Source of the DNA: Longimicrobiales bacterium
GTDB taxonomy: Bacteria; Gemmatimonadota; Gemmatimonadetes; Longimicrobiales; Gaopeijiaceae
Assembly (NCBI GenBank): GCA_965238005.1
Contig: OZ250165.1
Span: forward strand, 3,712,001-3,776,000
Length of the DNA stretch: 64,000 nucleotides
Reading direction: 5' to 3'
This document shows, piece by piece, positions 34,552 through 42,705 of the stretch. Below the pieces are notes generated by a model, which was given only the letters and a program-made list of their open reading frames with translations, made no database searches and was not told where the DNA came from. The translations under genes were made by a program, and so were the position numbers. Positions within the stretch are counted from its first letter, which is position 1; every line of letters starts with the position of its first letter.

Positions 34552-35000
34552 ATGCGCGTTCTGCCGCTGGTGATTCTACCGCTCGCTTCGGCGGGCGTGG
34601 CGGCTCAGTCCCTTCCCTCCCCCGAAGCTACTTCGGCTTCGCCATGGGGACGGACGAGAAGCTCGCCCGGGTGGGACGGCGTCCTGGAGTACTTCGAGAT
34701 CCTGGCTGCGGGGTCGGACCGCATCCAAGTGGTTCATCCACGAGCATCAGGGCGTGACGTTCCGGTGGCACTACGGGTGGTGGCCCAGCAACTCGTCGCT
34801 GATTGTTCGGGCGCCCTAGCGGGGGCTGACCTTCGTGGTGCTCGCCAACACAAACATGCTGAGCCGGGCGTATGGCTTGGGGGGTGACAGCAACGTGCTC
34901 CGCTCCGACGTTGCGCGCCTCTTCATCGAGGCGTTCGTGCTCGGGGATGAGCCGCTCCCCGCGGGAGAATCGACGCACCGAGCTACCGATTCGGGTGGAG
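34552..35000 (+). pseudogene. Chimeric remnant: M14-peptidase-like N-terminus joined to a serine-hydrolase-like C-terminus
   Basis: Signal peptide, then across frameshifts PSPE..YFGFAMGTDEKLAR/WDGVLEYFEILAAGSDRIQV. From about 34728, WFIHEHQGVTFRWHYGWWPSNSSLIVRAP*RGLTFVVLANTN with an in-frame TAG. Confidence 0.55.
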
Positions 35001-35105
35001 CAGGTCTACACTTTGGTGAACCAGATCCTCGGGGCGCGACGCTAGGCGTCGCCTTGAACGCTCTCTAGACGCCGCGCCCCGGGGACCTGCTGCCGCCACG
35101 AAAGG

Positions 35106-35615
35106 CTATATCCCGGCTGATCGCTCTCCGGTGTGCTCGTCCGCGGCCGGCGGTGGCGGCGGCGGCGCGGGCTCAGCGGTAGAGGCTGGCGCGTCCACAG
35201 CGGATGCGCTGCCCATGCCCAGGACCGCACCGATGACCGCACCAGCCACTCCGAGCTGGATCATGTGAACGACGGGATCCACGAGCGTCGCCGTGAGATT
35301 CAAGACGTTCGCGACGCCGTAGAACGTGAAGTCGAGGCCGAGCCCCGAGATCAGCCCCACGAGTGCGCCAGTCTTCAAGCCAGCCAACGCGGAGGAGTCC
35401 CCGCGCCAACCCATGACCATGACGAGGAACGCCGCCAGGATGACCTGTCCGAGGATGAGCGACCACATGAGTGGGGCTTCCTTCACGGCCCCTGTTGCCG
35501 TCCCGGCATTGCTGGCGAAGAAGTCCGCAAACGCCAGGCCGTAGAGAAGGAACCCCATCACAAACACAGCCACCCCGCCGGCCAGAGTGGCCATCGTGAA
35601 CTGCTTGGCAGCCAT
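35106..35615 (-). CDS. Four-TM membrane protein (DUF1761-like)
   Basis: Four hydrophobic segments; RBS AGGAGG upstream of ATG 35615. Confidence 0.75.
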   Translation of the reverse strand: MAAKQFTMATLAGGVAVFVMGFLLYGLAFADFFASNAGTATGAVKEAPLMWSLILGQVILAAFLVMVMGWRGDSSALAGLKTGALVGLISGLGLDFTFYGVANVLNLTATLVDPVVHMIQLGVAGAVIGAVLGMGSASAVDAPASTAEPAPPPPPPAADEHTGERSAGI

Positions 35616-36157
35616 CTCTTCCTCCTGTCTAATGGGTTCTACCGCTCCGCCCACACCCCAGACGGCAAACATGGCCACAAGGGACGAAGGCACGTTCGCG
35701 GCAAATCTACGGGGGCGTCGGGGCTTTCGCTAGAAATTGGGGGGGCTCCGGAAGATTACGAGATCTGCGCTATCGTCCCCCAGAGCCGTGATCACGTGGT
35801 CGCCGACAACGTCTTCTCGGGCGCACGCACCGTCTGGCGGCTGGAGAACTCCGCCGCTCACGAGATCACAGGGAACCGCACGCTCGCCGAGATCCCGCCG
35901 GAAGCGTGCAGCCCCCGGGCCCTCCTGGGCGCGGCCTACGACTCGCTGGCCCCTTCCCTGCCGGGTGTACGACCGGAGATCCCCAACGTGCCGCGGGTTC
36001 GGCTCGGTCGCTCGGCCATCGTAGTGGACGAGCGGGGACCGTACGACAGGCGGTACGGGTGCGCTACTACCAGCTCGGCGGATGGTCCGAGCTGCGGGCC
36101 GAGGTCATCCGGGGCTCATCGCGCTCCATCGGGTCAGCCGGTCCGCACTAGGGGACC

Positions 36158-36484
36158 TCAGAGCAGCAGCCACCAGAGGACCTTGGACGCCACATGGATC
36201 CTCTGGTCGGTGTGGAAGGCGATCCAGTCCTCGCACTTGGCGTAGTCGACGAACCAGTGGAGCACGGTCTCGGCTACGCCCAGCCACCAGACGCCGGTGA
36301 TCAGCGCGACGGCCCCTCCGTGGATGAGGGAGTGGCTGGTCAGCCAGTAAAACCAGTAGGGGAAGTGCTCGGTGTCGGGGGGCGGTGCCCGGTAGCTCCG
36401 GTGCTTCCCCCTCGCCATTGCCTCCGACTGGAACGCGAAGTCGGCCAGGGCGTGGCCGGCGATCAAGAGGAAGAGAGTCTGCAT
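36158..36484 (-). CDS. DUF3307-family membrane protein
   Basis: GHALADFAFQ, HSLIHG, HWFVD, DQRIH His/Asp pattern. Confidence 0.8.
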   Translation of the reverse strand: MQTLFLLIAGHALADFAFQSEAMARGKHRSYRAPPPDTEHFPYWFYWLTSHSLIHGGAVALITGVWWLGVAETVLHWFVDYAKCEDWIAFHTDQRIHVASKVLWWLLL

Positions 36485-37387
36485 GTGGCTCGTCGGGCGT
36501 CACGGAAAGCGGATTCGATGACCCGAGCGGTGACGATACCGCCCCAGGGGGAGACAATTTATCTCCTCCCGGAGCGGTTCGCTGCACTTTTTTTTGAACG
36601 AACCTACTGCGCACCTCCGAGAACGATCTCGACCCGACGGTTCTGCCGCCGGCCAGCATCGGTGCCGTTGTCGGCCACCGGTTGGGACTCGCCGGCGCCC
36701 TGGACCTCGAACCGTTCCGCGTCGAGACCCGGGAAGTTGGCCAGCAGGTAGTCCCGCACCGCCTGCGCCCGGCGCAGGCTCAGCGCCCGATTATAGGCCT
36801 CCGGCCCCGTGGAATCGGTATGTCCGGTCAGCTGGACGCGCTCGCCCGGCCGGCAGGTGAGAACTCTTCCCACTTCCTGGAGGATCGGGCCGGCCGTGTC
36901 TTCGAGCTCCGCGGAGTCGTTAGCGAAGTTGACGCCGCCGAAGGTGAGGCGTCCCTCTTCCTCGAGTTCCCGCTCGATCTCGCTCACGGGGCACCCGGTC
37001 TCGTCCACCTCGGAGCCGGCTGCGGTGTCGGGGCAGCGGTCGATGCCGTCCGGCACACCATCTCGGTCTCCGTCCAAAGCGCATCCGTCGCCGTCCACGC
37101 GAGCCCCGGGCCGGGTGTTCGGGCAGCGGTCGAGGCCGTCGGGGACTCCGTCGCGGTCGCCGTCGGTGGCGCAGCCGTTTCCGTCCACCTGGGCCCCGGC
37201 CCGAGTGCTCGGACAGCGATCCAGACCGTCGGCCACACCGTCATCGTCCCCGTCGGTGGCGCAGCCGTTCCCGTCTACGCGGGGACTTATATAGGATCGT
37301 AGCAACGTCCCATATTATCGTTTCACCCTCGCGAATACGATAAGAGAGTAGGGAGAAGAGGATTTAGGATTACGCGAGGAGAGAGAT

Positions 37388-38356
37388 ATGGCTGCGCCCG
37401 GTAAATACTTTCGTAAGGGACTTTCGCTAGTAGACATCATCCGGATGTTCCCGGACGACGAGGCGGCGGAGAAGTGGATCGCGGAGTGTCGTTGGGGCGA
37501 GGAGCCTGCTTGTCCTCACTGCGGCGGCCTTGACGTACAGGTGGGGGCGAAACATCCTAGCCAGCCCTACCGGTGTCGCGTAAAGGGCTGCAGGAAATAT
37601 TTCTCCGTCCGTACCGGTACGGCCATGGAGCAGAGCAATCTCGGATATCAGATATGGGCGATAACATGCTATCTGGTCGCGACGGGCCTCAAGGGACAGT
37701 CCTCCATGAAGCTCCACAGGGATCTAGGCGTGACTCAGAAAACCGCGTGGTTCCTAGCTCACCGCATCCGAAAGGCGTGGGAGGGCCAGCAGCACGACTT
37801 CGAGGGACCGGTGGAGGTAGACGAGACCTATGTCGGCGGCTTAGAGAAGAACCGCCACTGGAAGAACCGCACCGGACGTGGGATGGGTCACGGACACTCC
37901 GACAAGACCGCCGTGGCTGGAGTAAAGGATCGGGCGACCAACCGGGTCACCGCACGTGTCATCGAACGGGCCAACAAGCCTACCCTGCAGAGGTTCATCC
38001 GAGAGGTGACCAAGGACGTGTCTGAGGACGGCGCGAAGATCTACACCGACGAGGCCGGTTGCTACGCGGGCCTGCCGAACCATGAGACCGTCAAGCATCG
38101 AGTCGGCCAGTACGTGGACCGCGAAGCACACACAAACGGCATAGAGAGCTTTTGGAGCATGCTCAAGCGCGGCTACCATGGGACCTATCACCTTATGAGT
38201 CCTAAGCACCTGCAGCGCTACGTCAATGAGTTTTCCGGGAGGCACAACATCCGGCCCCTCGATACCATCGCACAGATGAAGTCCATCATCCGGGGTCTAG
38301 AGGGCAAAAGGCTGACCTACCGGGAGCTGACGGCTCCTCCTGATACCTACGCTTGA
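37388..38356 (+). CDS. IS1595-family (ISXO2-like) DDE transposase
   Basis: Zn ribbon CPHC...YRCRVKGC, VEVDETY, IYTDE, TNGIESFWSMLKRG, YVNEFSGRHN. Confidence 0.95.
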   Translation: MAAPGKYFRKGLSLVDIIRMFPDDEAAEKWIAECRWGEEPACPHCGGLDVQVGAKHPSQPYRCRVKGCRKYFSVRTGTAMEQSNLGYQIWAITCYLVATGLKGQSSMKLHRDLGVTQKTAWFLAHRIRKAWEGQQHDFEGPVEVDETYVGGLEKNRHWKNRTGRGMGHGHSDKTAVAGVKDRATNRVTARVIERANKPTLQRFIREVTKDVSEDGAKIYTDEAGCYAGLPNHETVKHRVGQYVDREAHTNGIESFWSMLKRGYHGTYHLMSPKHLQRYVNEFSGRHNIRPLDTIAQMKSIIRGLEGKRLTYRELTAPPDTYA

Positions 38357-38380
38357 CGGGGGCGGACTCCGCGTGATTTT
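38351..38380 (+). promoter_or_regulatory. Putative promoter, motif copy 1 (GCTTGACnGGnGCG-N8-GTGATTT)
   Basis: TTGACG at 38353 overlaps the transposase stop; same motif and spacing as the copy at 39302. Confidence 0.45.
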
Positions 38381-38382
38381 AT

Positions 38383-38536
38383 AGGGGATACGGAGGGTAG
38401 CGGTGTCAACTGACACTCGGAGGAGCATTCTCTGAGCGTTGCCTGTCGAGGACGTCGTCCTCATCTGCCGTACGGTCGTCGACCGATGCTCAAAACAGCG
38501 CGGCCCGGATTGACACTGCTATCCTCCGTATTCTCT
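38383..38536 (+). ncRNA. Candidate structured RNA 1 in the IS1595 cargo
   Basis: 27-bp uninterrupted closing helix (38383-38409 with 38510-38536) including 4 G.U pairs that form only on the + strand; inner helices and hairpins. Confidence 0.55.
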
Positions 38537-38553
38537 CCTACCCCGCATGGCGA

Positions 38554-38829
38554 TCAGGTGTTCCCCGAGTCCCGCCGCTTCTGTTCCTGGTACTCCCGCT
38601 CCCGCTCTAGCCGGTCCTTGTCTTTTTGGGCCTCTTCCTTGACGGTATGCCAGACAAAGTAGCCTAACACGGCTACTACGATCATGACCATGAAGATGAT
38701 AAGTTCCGGATTCGCGATTAAATAGAGGACGCCTACACTCATCATACCGAAGATACCGAGGAGAAGAGCGCCCACGAATGGGGCGGCTATAATGCCTAGA
38801 GCAATGAGCAGGACGACTAGGCAGGGCAT
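38554..38829 (-). CDS. Small membrane protein, IS cargo (about 91 aa)
   Basis: MPCLVVLLIALGIIAAPFVGALLLGIFG... has 2-3 hydrophobic segments and a charged tail. Start uncertain (38829-38892). Confidence 0.6.
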   Translation of the reverse strand: MPCLVVLLIALGIIAAPFVGALLLGIFGMMSVGVLYLIANPELIIFMVMIVVAVLGYFVWHTVKEEAQKDKDRLEREREYQEQKRRDSGNT

Positions 38830-38905
38830 CCGGGGCGAGTCCTGTGTGTGAGGATGCGCCCGGACATGGGTGTCGGGCCATTTGGTCACCACAGCACAGG
38901 AGATC

Positions 38906-39021
38906 GTGCAGGTCCTGCCTATTCGCCCTGCCTAAAGCTCAACGGGAGCTACCCGCGTAGTGCGGCCTTAGACAATACAGGCTGTGTTATTCGGCAGGTA
39001 ACCCGACTCAGGGTCCTGCAC
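38906..39021. ncRNA. Candidate multibranched RNA 2 (possible 5' leader of the membrane-protein gene)
   Basis: GTGCAGG/CCTGCAC and CCTGCC/GGCAGG helices enclose small hairpins (AGCTC/GAGCT, CCGC/GCGG, GCCT/AGGC). Confidence 0.35.
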
Positions 39022-39142
39022 TGTAGTGACAGAGCCAATTTATCATACCTGAAGCTGGGCTGCAACTACTATTGTGTCGGGAGGGTATACGGCGATAATC
39101 TGTTGTACGGACTGACTTTACCAATCCACAGGGAGGCATAGC

Positions 39143-39307
39143 ATGGACGCCGCCGACACCAAGTCAGAACCGGATGAGCTACAGATGCCGGAGCCCATAC
39201 CGGACACGCCTGAAAATATCATGAAGGCGATCCTGGCTACGCCGCCTCGCCGTCCGGAGGATTGGAAGTTCGTGGAGGAGTCCGAGGAGGGGGAGGATGA
39301 AGCTTGA
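39143..39307 (+). CDS. Small acidic Pro-rich protein, IS cargo (54 aa)
   Basis: Below the ORF-track cutoff; RBS GGGAGG; MDAADTKSEPDELQMPEPIPDTPENIMKAILATPPRRPEDWKFVEESEEGEDEA. Confidence 0.7.
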   Translation: MDAADTKSEPDELQMPEPIPDTPENIMKAILATPPRRPEDWKFVEESEEGEDEA

Positions 39308-39330
39308 CAGGAGCGATTATGGGGTGATTT
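39302..39330 (+). promoter_or_regulatory. Putative promoter, motif copy 2
   Basis: Consensus -35 TTGACA at 39304 overlaps the stop of the 54-aa ORF; GTGATTT sits at the same distance as in copy 1. Confidence 0.45.
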
Positions 39331-39339
39331 CGTGAGAAG

Positions 39340-39495
39340 GTAGCCGCAGGGCGGTGTGCTAGCGCCCCGTTCTAGGCGGCTACGGTGGACTCATTGCATA
39401 GGCATCACCTTCCTTTGGTTGGTCACCTGCCTTTCTTCTCCTTTCTGCCCGCCTTGGGTTCTAGGGGCCAGCCGAGCGTATTCTCGGCTGGCCTC
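39340..39495 (+). ncRNA. Candidate sRNA 3: two hairpins bracketing anti-SD-like repeats
   Basis: Hairpins at 39340-39383 and 39464-39495 (G.U pairs favour +). The linker contains ATCACCTTCCTTT, GTCACCTGCCTTT and TTCTCCTTT. Confidence 0.45.
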
Positions 39496-40573
39496 ATCTG
39501 TATCTACCCCGCAAGCTAGGAGTATTCCGCTGAGATGCGGCATGCGATAATGTGGGACGTTGCTACGGCCATATATAATCCCCTCTACGCGGGCTCCGGC
39601 CGGAGTGGAGGGACACTGGTCCGCGTGGTCAGCCACGCCGTCTCGATCCGAGTCGAGCGCACAGCCGCGTGCATCGACGCTGGCGCCCATGGGTGTGTCG
39701 GGGCAGGCGTCCGAGCTGTCGTCTACACCATCCCTGTCGGAATCCTGGCTTCCACTTGCACTCAGGAAGAAGGAGGCGCCCAGCGTGAACCCCCAGCCCC
39801 AGAACGTCTCTTTGGAAAGCGCCGAGCCGGCCAGCGCGGCAGCGGTGTTCGCCAGTGCGTCCGGGACCTGGTGCATTCGGGCCTCAGCCCGAAGCGCGAT
39901 CCTTGGGGTCAGCGAGAACCGCACCCCACCGCCGTACGTCAGCGTGAGGTCGGTCTCGGAGTCGAGTCCCTCGGGGCTCCAGCTCGAAGCTCCCAGGCCG
40001 GCGACGCCGTACGCCTGGATCCGCTCACCGAGCGGGACGTTGTAACCCACCCCAGCGCTGAAGAGCACCAGGTCCAGGTCCACCACACCTCCTGTCTCCA
40101 GCCTCATGTCCAGGGGGAAGTATCCACCCTCGGCATCCACGAAGAGGCCCGAGGCGAAGTTGTAGGCCACGTGGCCTCCGCCGAAGATGTTCCTGGCCGG
40201 ATCGACGAAGACCGAGCTGCTGCCGTCCGGATGGAATTCCGGTTGGTCGTCGAAGACCCCTACGAATGGAGAGATCTCCCATCCTGTGGGAACCCACCCG
40301 CCGGAGTCTTGGGCGGCAAGGGCACTCGGGGGAAGGCGAAGGTCACGGCCAAAGCCGACAGCGCTCGAATCACGGTGGCGATCCTTTCGTGTCCAGTCGT
40401 GTTACCAGATCACGCCTAATTCGCACCTTCAAATATACCTACACCCTCGATCTCCTCCACAGGGGAAAAATGGAAGGGGCATCGGGGAGCACGAAATCCG
40501 CTCAGGACCCGAACGCGTAGTCCCGCACCTCCGCCAGGTTGCGCCGTGACAAGGAACCAGCAGCTTACCTCCC

Positions 40574-41455
40574 ATGTTCGACTCCATCGAAGAGGCCGGA
40601 CGTACCCTGGCCGGCCACGCATACCTCTCCGACGTGGGGCTGTCGACCAGCCTCTTCCTGGCCTTGCGGATGGAGAAGGCCCTCTTCCTCGAGGGCGAGC
40701 CGGGCGTGGGAAAGACCGAGCTGGCCCACGTCGTGGCCAAGGCCCTCGATACGACCCTCATTCGGCTGCAATGCTATGAGGGCCTCGACCTCGGCCAGGC
40801 GGTGTACGAGTGGAACTATCCGCGCCAGCTGCTCGAGATCCAGGCCGGCGTCACGTCCGGAGAGGGGCTCTCGACCGCCGACATCTTCACCGAGGAGTAC
40901 CTTCTCAAGAGGCCCCTGCTGCAGGCGATCGACGCCAGCCACGAGCGCCGTCCGGTCCTCCTGATCGACGAGCTCGATCGAGCCGACGAGGAGTTCGAAT
41001 CCTTCCTGCTCGAGCTCCTGGCCGACTTCCAGGTCACGGTGCCGGAGATCGGAACTCTCCGGGCCGAGCACGTGCCCATCGTCTTCGTCACCTCCAACCG
41101 CACCCGGGAGATCCACGACGCGCTGAAGCGGCGATGCATCTACCACTGGATCGACTATCCGTCGGCCGAGAGGGAGCTGGAGATCGTCCAGACCAGGGTC
41201 CCCGAGGTCGGCCCGGCCCTGGCCGAGGAGATCGTGCGATTCGTCCAGGTGCTGCGAGACCAGGATCTGTACAAGCTGCCGGGTGTGGCGGAGTCCCTCG
41301 ACTGGGCTCGGGCTCTCAACCACCTGAACGCGACCGAGCTGAGTGAGGATCTAGTCGTTACGACACTGGGCTTCCTTCTGAAGTATCAAGACGACGTGGA
41401 CAAGGTGAGCGGTACCGTGGCGAGGGAGTGGTTGGACCGCGCCGCGGCAGACTGA
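40574..41455 (+). CDS. coxD: MoxR-family AAA+ ATPase CoxD
   Basis: GEPGVGKT, RLQCYEGLD, LLIDELDRADEEFE; first gene of the cox cluster. Confidence 0.9.
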   Translation: MFDSIEEAGRTLAGHAYLSDVGLSTSLFLALRMEKALFLEGEPGVGKTELAHVVAKALDTTLIRLQCYEGLDLGQAVYEWNYPRQLLEIQAGVTSGEGLSTADIFTEEYLLKRPLLQAIDASHERRPVLLIDELDRADEEFESFLLELLADFQVTVPEIGTLRAEHVPIVFVTSNRTREIHDALKRRCIYHWIDYPSAERELEIVQTRVPEVGPALAEEIVRFVQVLRDQDLYKLPGVAESLDWARALNHLNATELSEDLVVTTLGFLLKYQDDVDKVSGTVAREWLDRAAAD

Positions 41456-42612
41456 TGGCCGCCATCGTCCCGAACCTCGTCACCTTCGGGAGAACCCTGC
41501 GCCGCTTGGGGCTGCCCGTCACCACCGGGCAGATCGCGGCTTTGGCCGAGGCTCTGGACTGGGTGGAGCTGGGTGCGCGCGATCAGGTCTTCCACACCGC
41601 CCGGTCGCTCCTGGTGAAGCGCAGAGAGGACCTCGAGCTGTTTCAGATCGTGTTCAACCACTTCTGGAGTCGGACGTCGGGAACAGGCGGCGAGCGGAGC
41701 CGAGAGATCGCCGAGCGAAGACGGGACGCCCCGTTCCAGCAACGATTCAGCATCGCTACCTATCGTGCGTCGGTGGCGAAGAAGACGGATCCATCGGTGG
41801 ACCTGGTCGACCGCCGCGGCACCTACAGCGAGGAGGAGATCCTCCAGGGAAAGGATTTCTCGGAGATGTCCGCCGACGAGCTGGAGGAGGTGCGGCGCCT
41901 CATGATGCAGATCCAGTGGAGGATCGCGCTCCGTCGGAGTAGAAGGCGCGTCGCCGACCGCCGGGGGAACATCGTGGACCTGCGGAGGACCCTGCGTGAG
42001 ACGGCCAGGCTGAGATCCGTGCCCCTCCACCTGCCCCGGCGCCGCCCCAAGGTGAAGGAGCGCCCCCTCATCCTGATCGCGGACATCAGCGGCTCCATGG
42101 AGAAGTATTCGAGGCTGGTGCTGCAATTCTTCTACGTGATGAGCCGCTCCCTCCGTGAGGTGGAGTGCTTCGTTTTCGGCACGCGCCTCTCGCGCATCAC
42201 CCCCGAGATGCGGATCCGCAACGTGGACCGGGCCATCAACGCGGCTGCCCGGGTGGTGGTCGACTGGGCCGGAGGCACCCGCATCGGCGCATGCCTCAGA
42301 ACCTTCAATCGTGATTGGAGTCGCCGCGTTCTCAGGCGAGGCGCCGTGGTTCTCGTCATCAGCGACGGGTGGGACCGAGGCGACGTGGAGGTGCTGAGAC
42401 ACGAGATGCGTTACTTGCAGGCGCGCTGTCATCACTTAGGTTGGCTGAACCCTCACCAGGGCCGTCCCGGGTACCGACCGGTGGTCTCCGGCATGGCAGC
42501 GGCTCTGGACTACGTGGATGATTTTCGCTCGGTGCGGAATCTCGAGGCACTGCGCGATCTCGCGGGTTCGCTGGCCGACCTACCCCATCGGGCCCGCTCT
42601 AAACGCTCATAG
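41455..42612 (+). CDS. coxE: VWA-domain protein CoxE
   Basis: DISGSM MIDAS motif, GGTRIG, ISDGWDRG, WLNP. Confidence 0.9.
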   Translation: MAAIVPNLVTFGRTLRRLGLPVTTGQIAALAEALDWVELGARDQVFHTARSLLVKRREDLELFQIVFNHFWSRTSGTGGERSREIAERRRDAPFQQRFSIATYRASVAKKTDPSVDLVDRRGTYSEEEILQGKDFSEMSADELEEVRRLMMQIQWRIALRRSRRRVADRRGNIVDLRRTLRETARLRSVPLHLPRRRPKVKERPLILIADISGSMEKYSRLVLQFFYVMSRSLREVECFVFGTRLSRITPEMRIRNVDRAINAAARVVVDWAGGTRIGACLRTFNRDWSRRVLRRGAVVLVISDGWDRGDVEVLRHEMRYLQARCHHLGWLNPHQGRPGYRPVVSGMAAALDYVDDFRSVRNLEALRDLAGSLADLPHRARSKRS

Positions 42613-42640
42613 GGCCCGTCACGACCACCGGAGGCGCCTA

Positions 42641-42695
42641 GTGTACCGTTACCGAAGTGTCTCGGCCAGTCGAGGGCACGGTGCATCCGAAACAC
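42641..42695. mobile_element. IS630-like MITE remnant (55 bp)
   Basis: CTA-GTGTACCGTTACCGAAGTGTCTCGGCCA...GCATCCGAAACAC-TAG; shares GAAGTGTCTCGGCCA with the 49926 copy and its right end with the 22742 copy. Confidence 0.6.
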
Positions 42696-42705
42696 TAGCA
42701 GAGTC

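Larger units (their letters stand above)
37282..39583 (+). mobile_element. IS1595-family transposon with cargo (2,302 bp)
   Basis: 39-bp imperfect TIRs (33/39 match; 37282-37320 and 39545-39583), 8-bp TSD TCTACGCG (37274-37281 and 39584-39591), visibly lower GC than the flanks. Confidence 0.95.
36604..40373 (-). pseudogene. OmpA-family protein (beta-barrel + 5 TSP3-like Ca-binding repeats + OmpA_C) disrupted by IS1595
   Basis: 5' part 39584-40373 and 3' part 36604-37281 rejoin in frame as AGARVDGNGC when the element and one TSD copy are removed. OmpA_C motifs GHTDSTG and NRRVE are present. There is an extra frameshift in the signal peptide at about 40330. Confidence 0.9.

Noticed and set aside
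35740..36100. Possible gene fragment (VVADNVFSGARTVWRLENSAAHEITGN, beta-helix-like)
   Set aside because: No start codon or recognisable family motif; too weak to call without a search.
36985..37281. 90-bp periodic repeats as a nucleic-acid array
   Set aside because: They encode the TSP3-like repeats of the OmpA protein.
38383..38536. Retron msr-msd
   Set aside because: The terminal inverted repeat fits, but there is no reverse transcriptase in the element or the window.
38927..38998. tRNA gene (72-nt cloverleaf-like segment with a D-arm-like AGCTCAACGGGAGCT)
   Set aside because: No TTC T-loop, no 7-nt anticodon loop and no CCA; kept only as a structured-RNA candidate.
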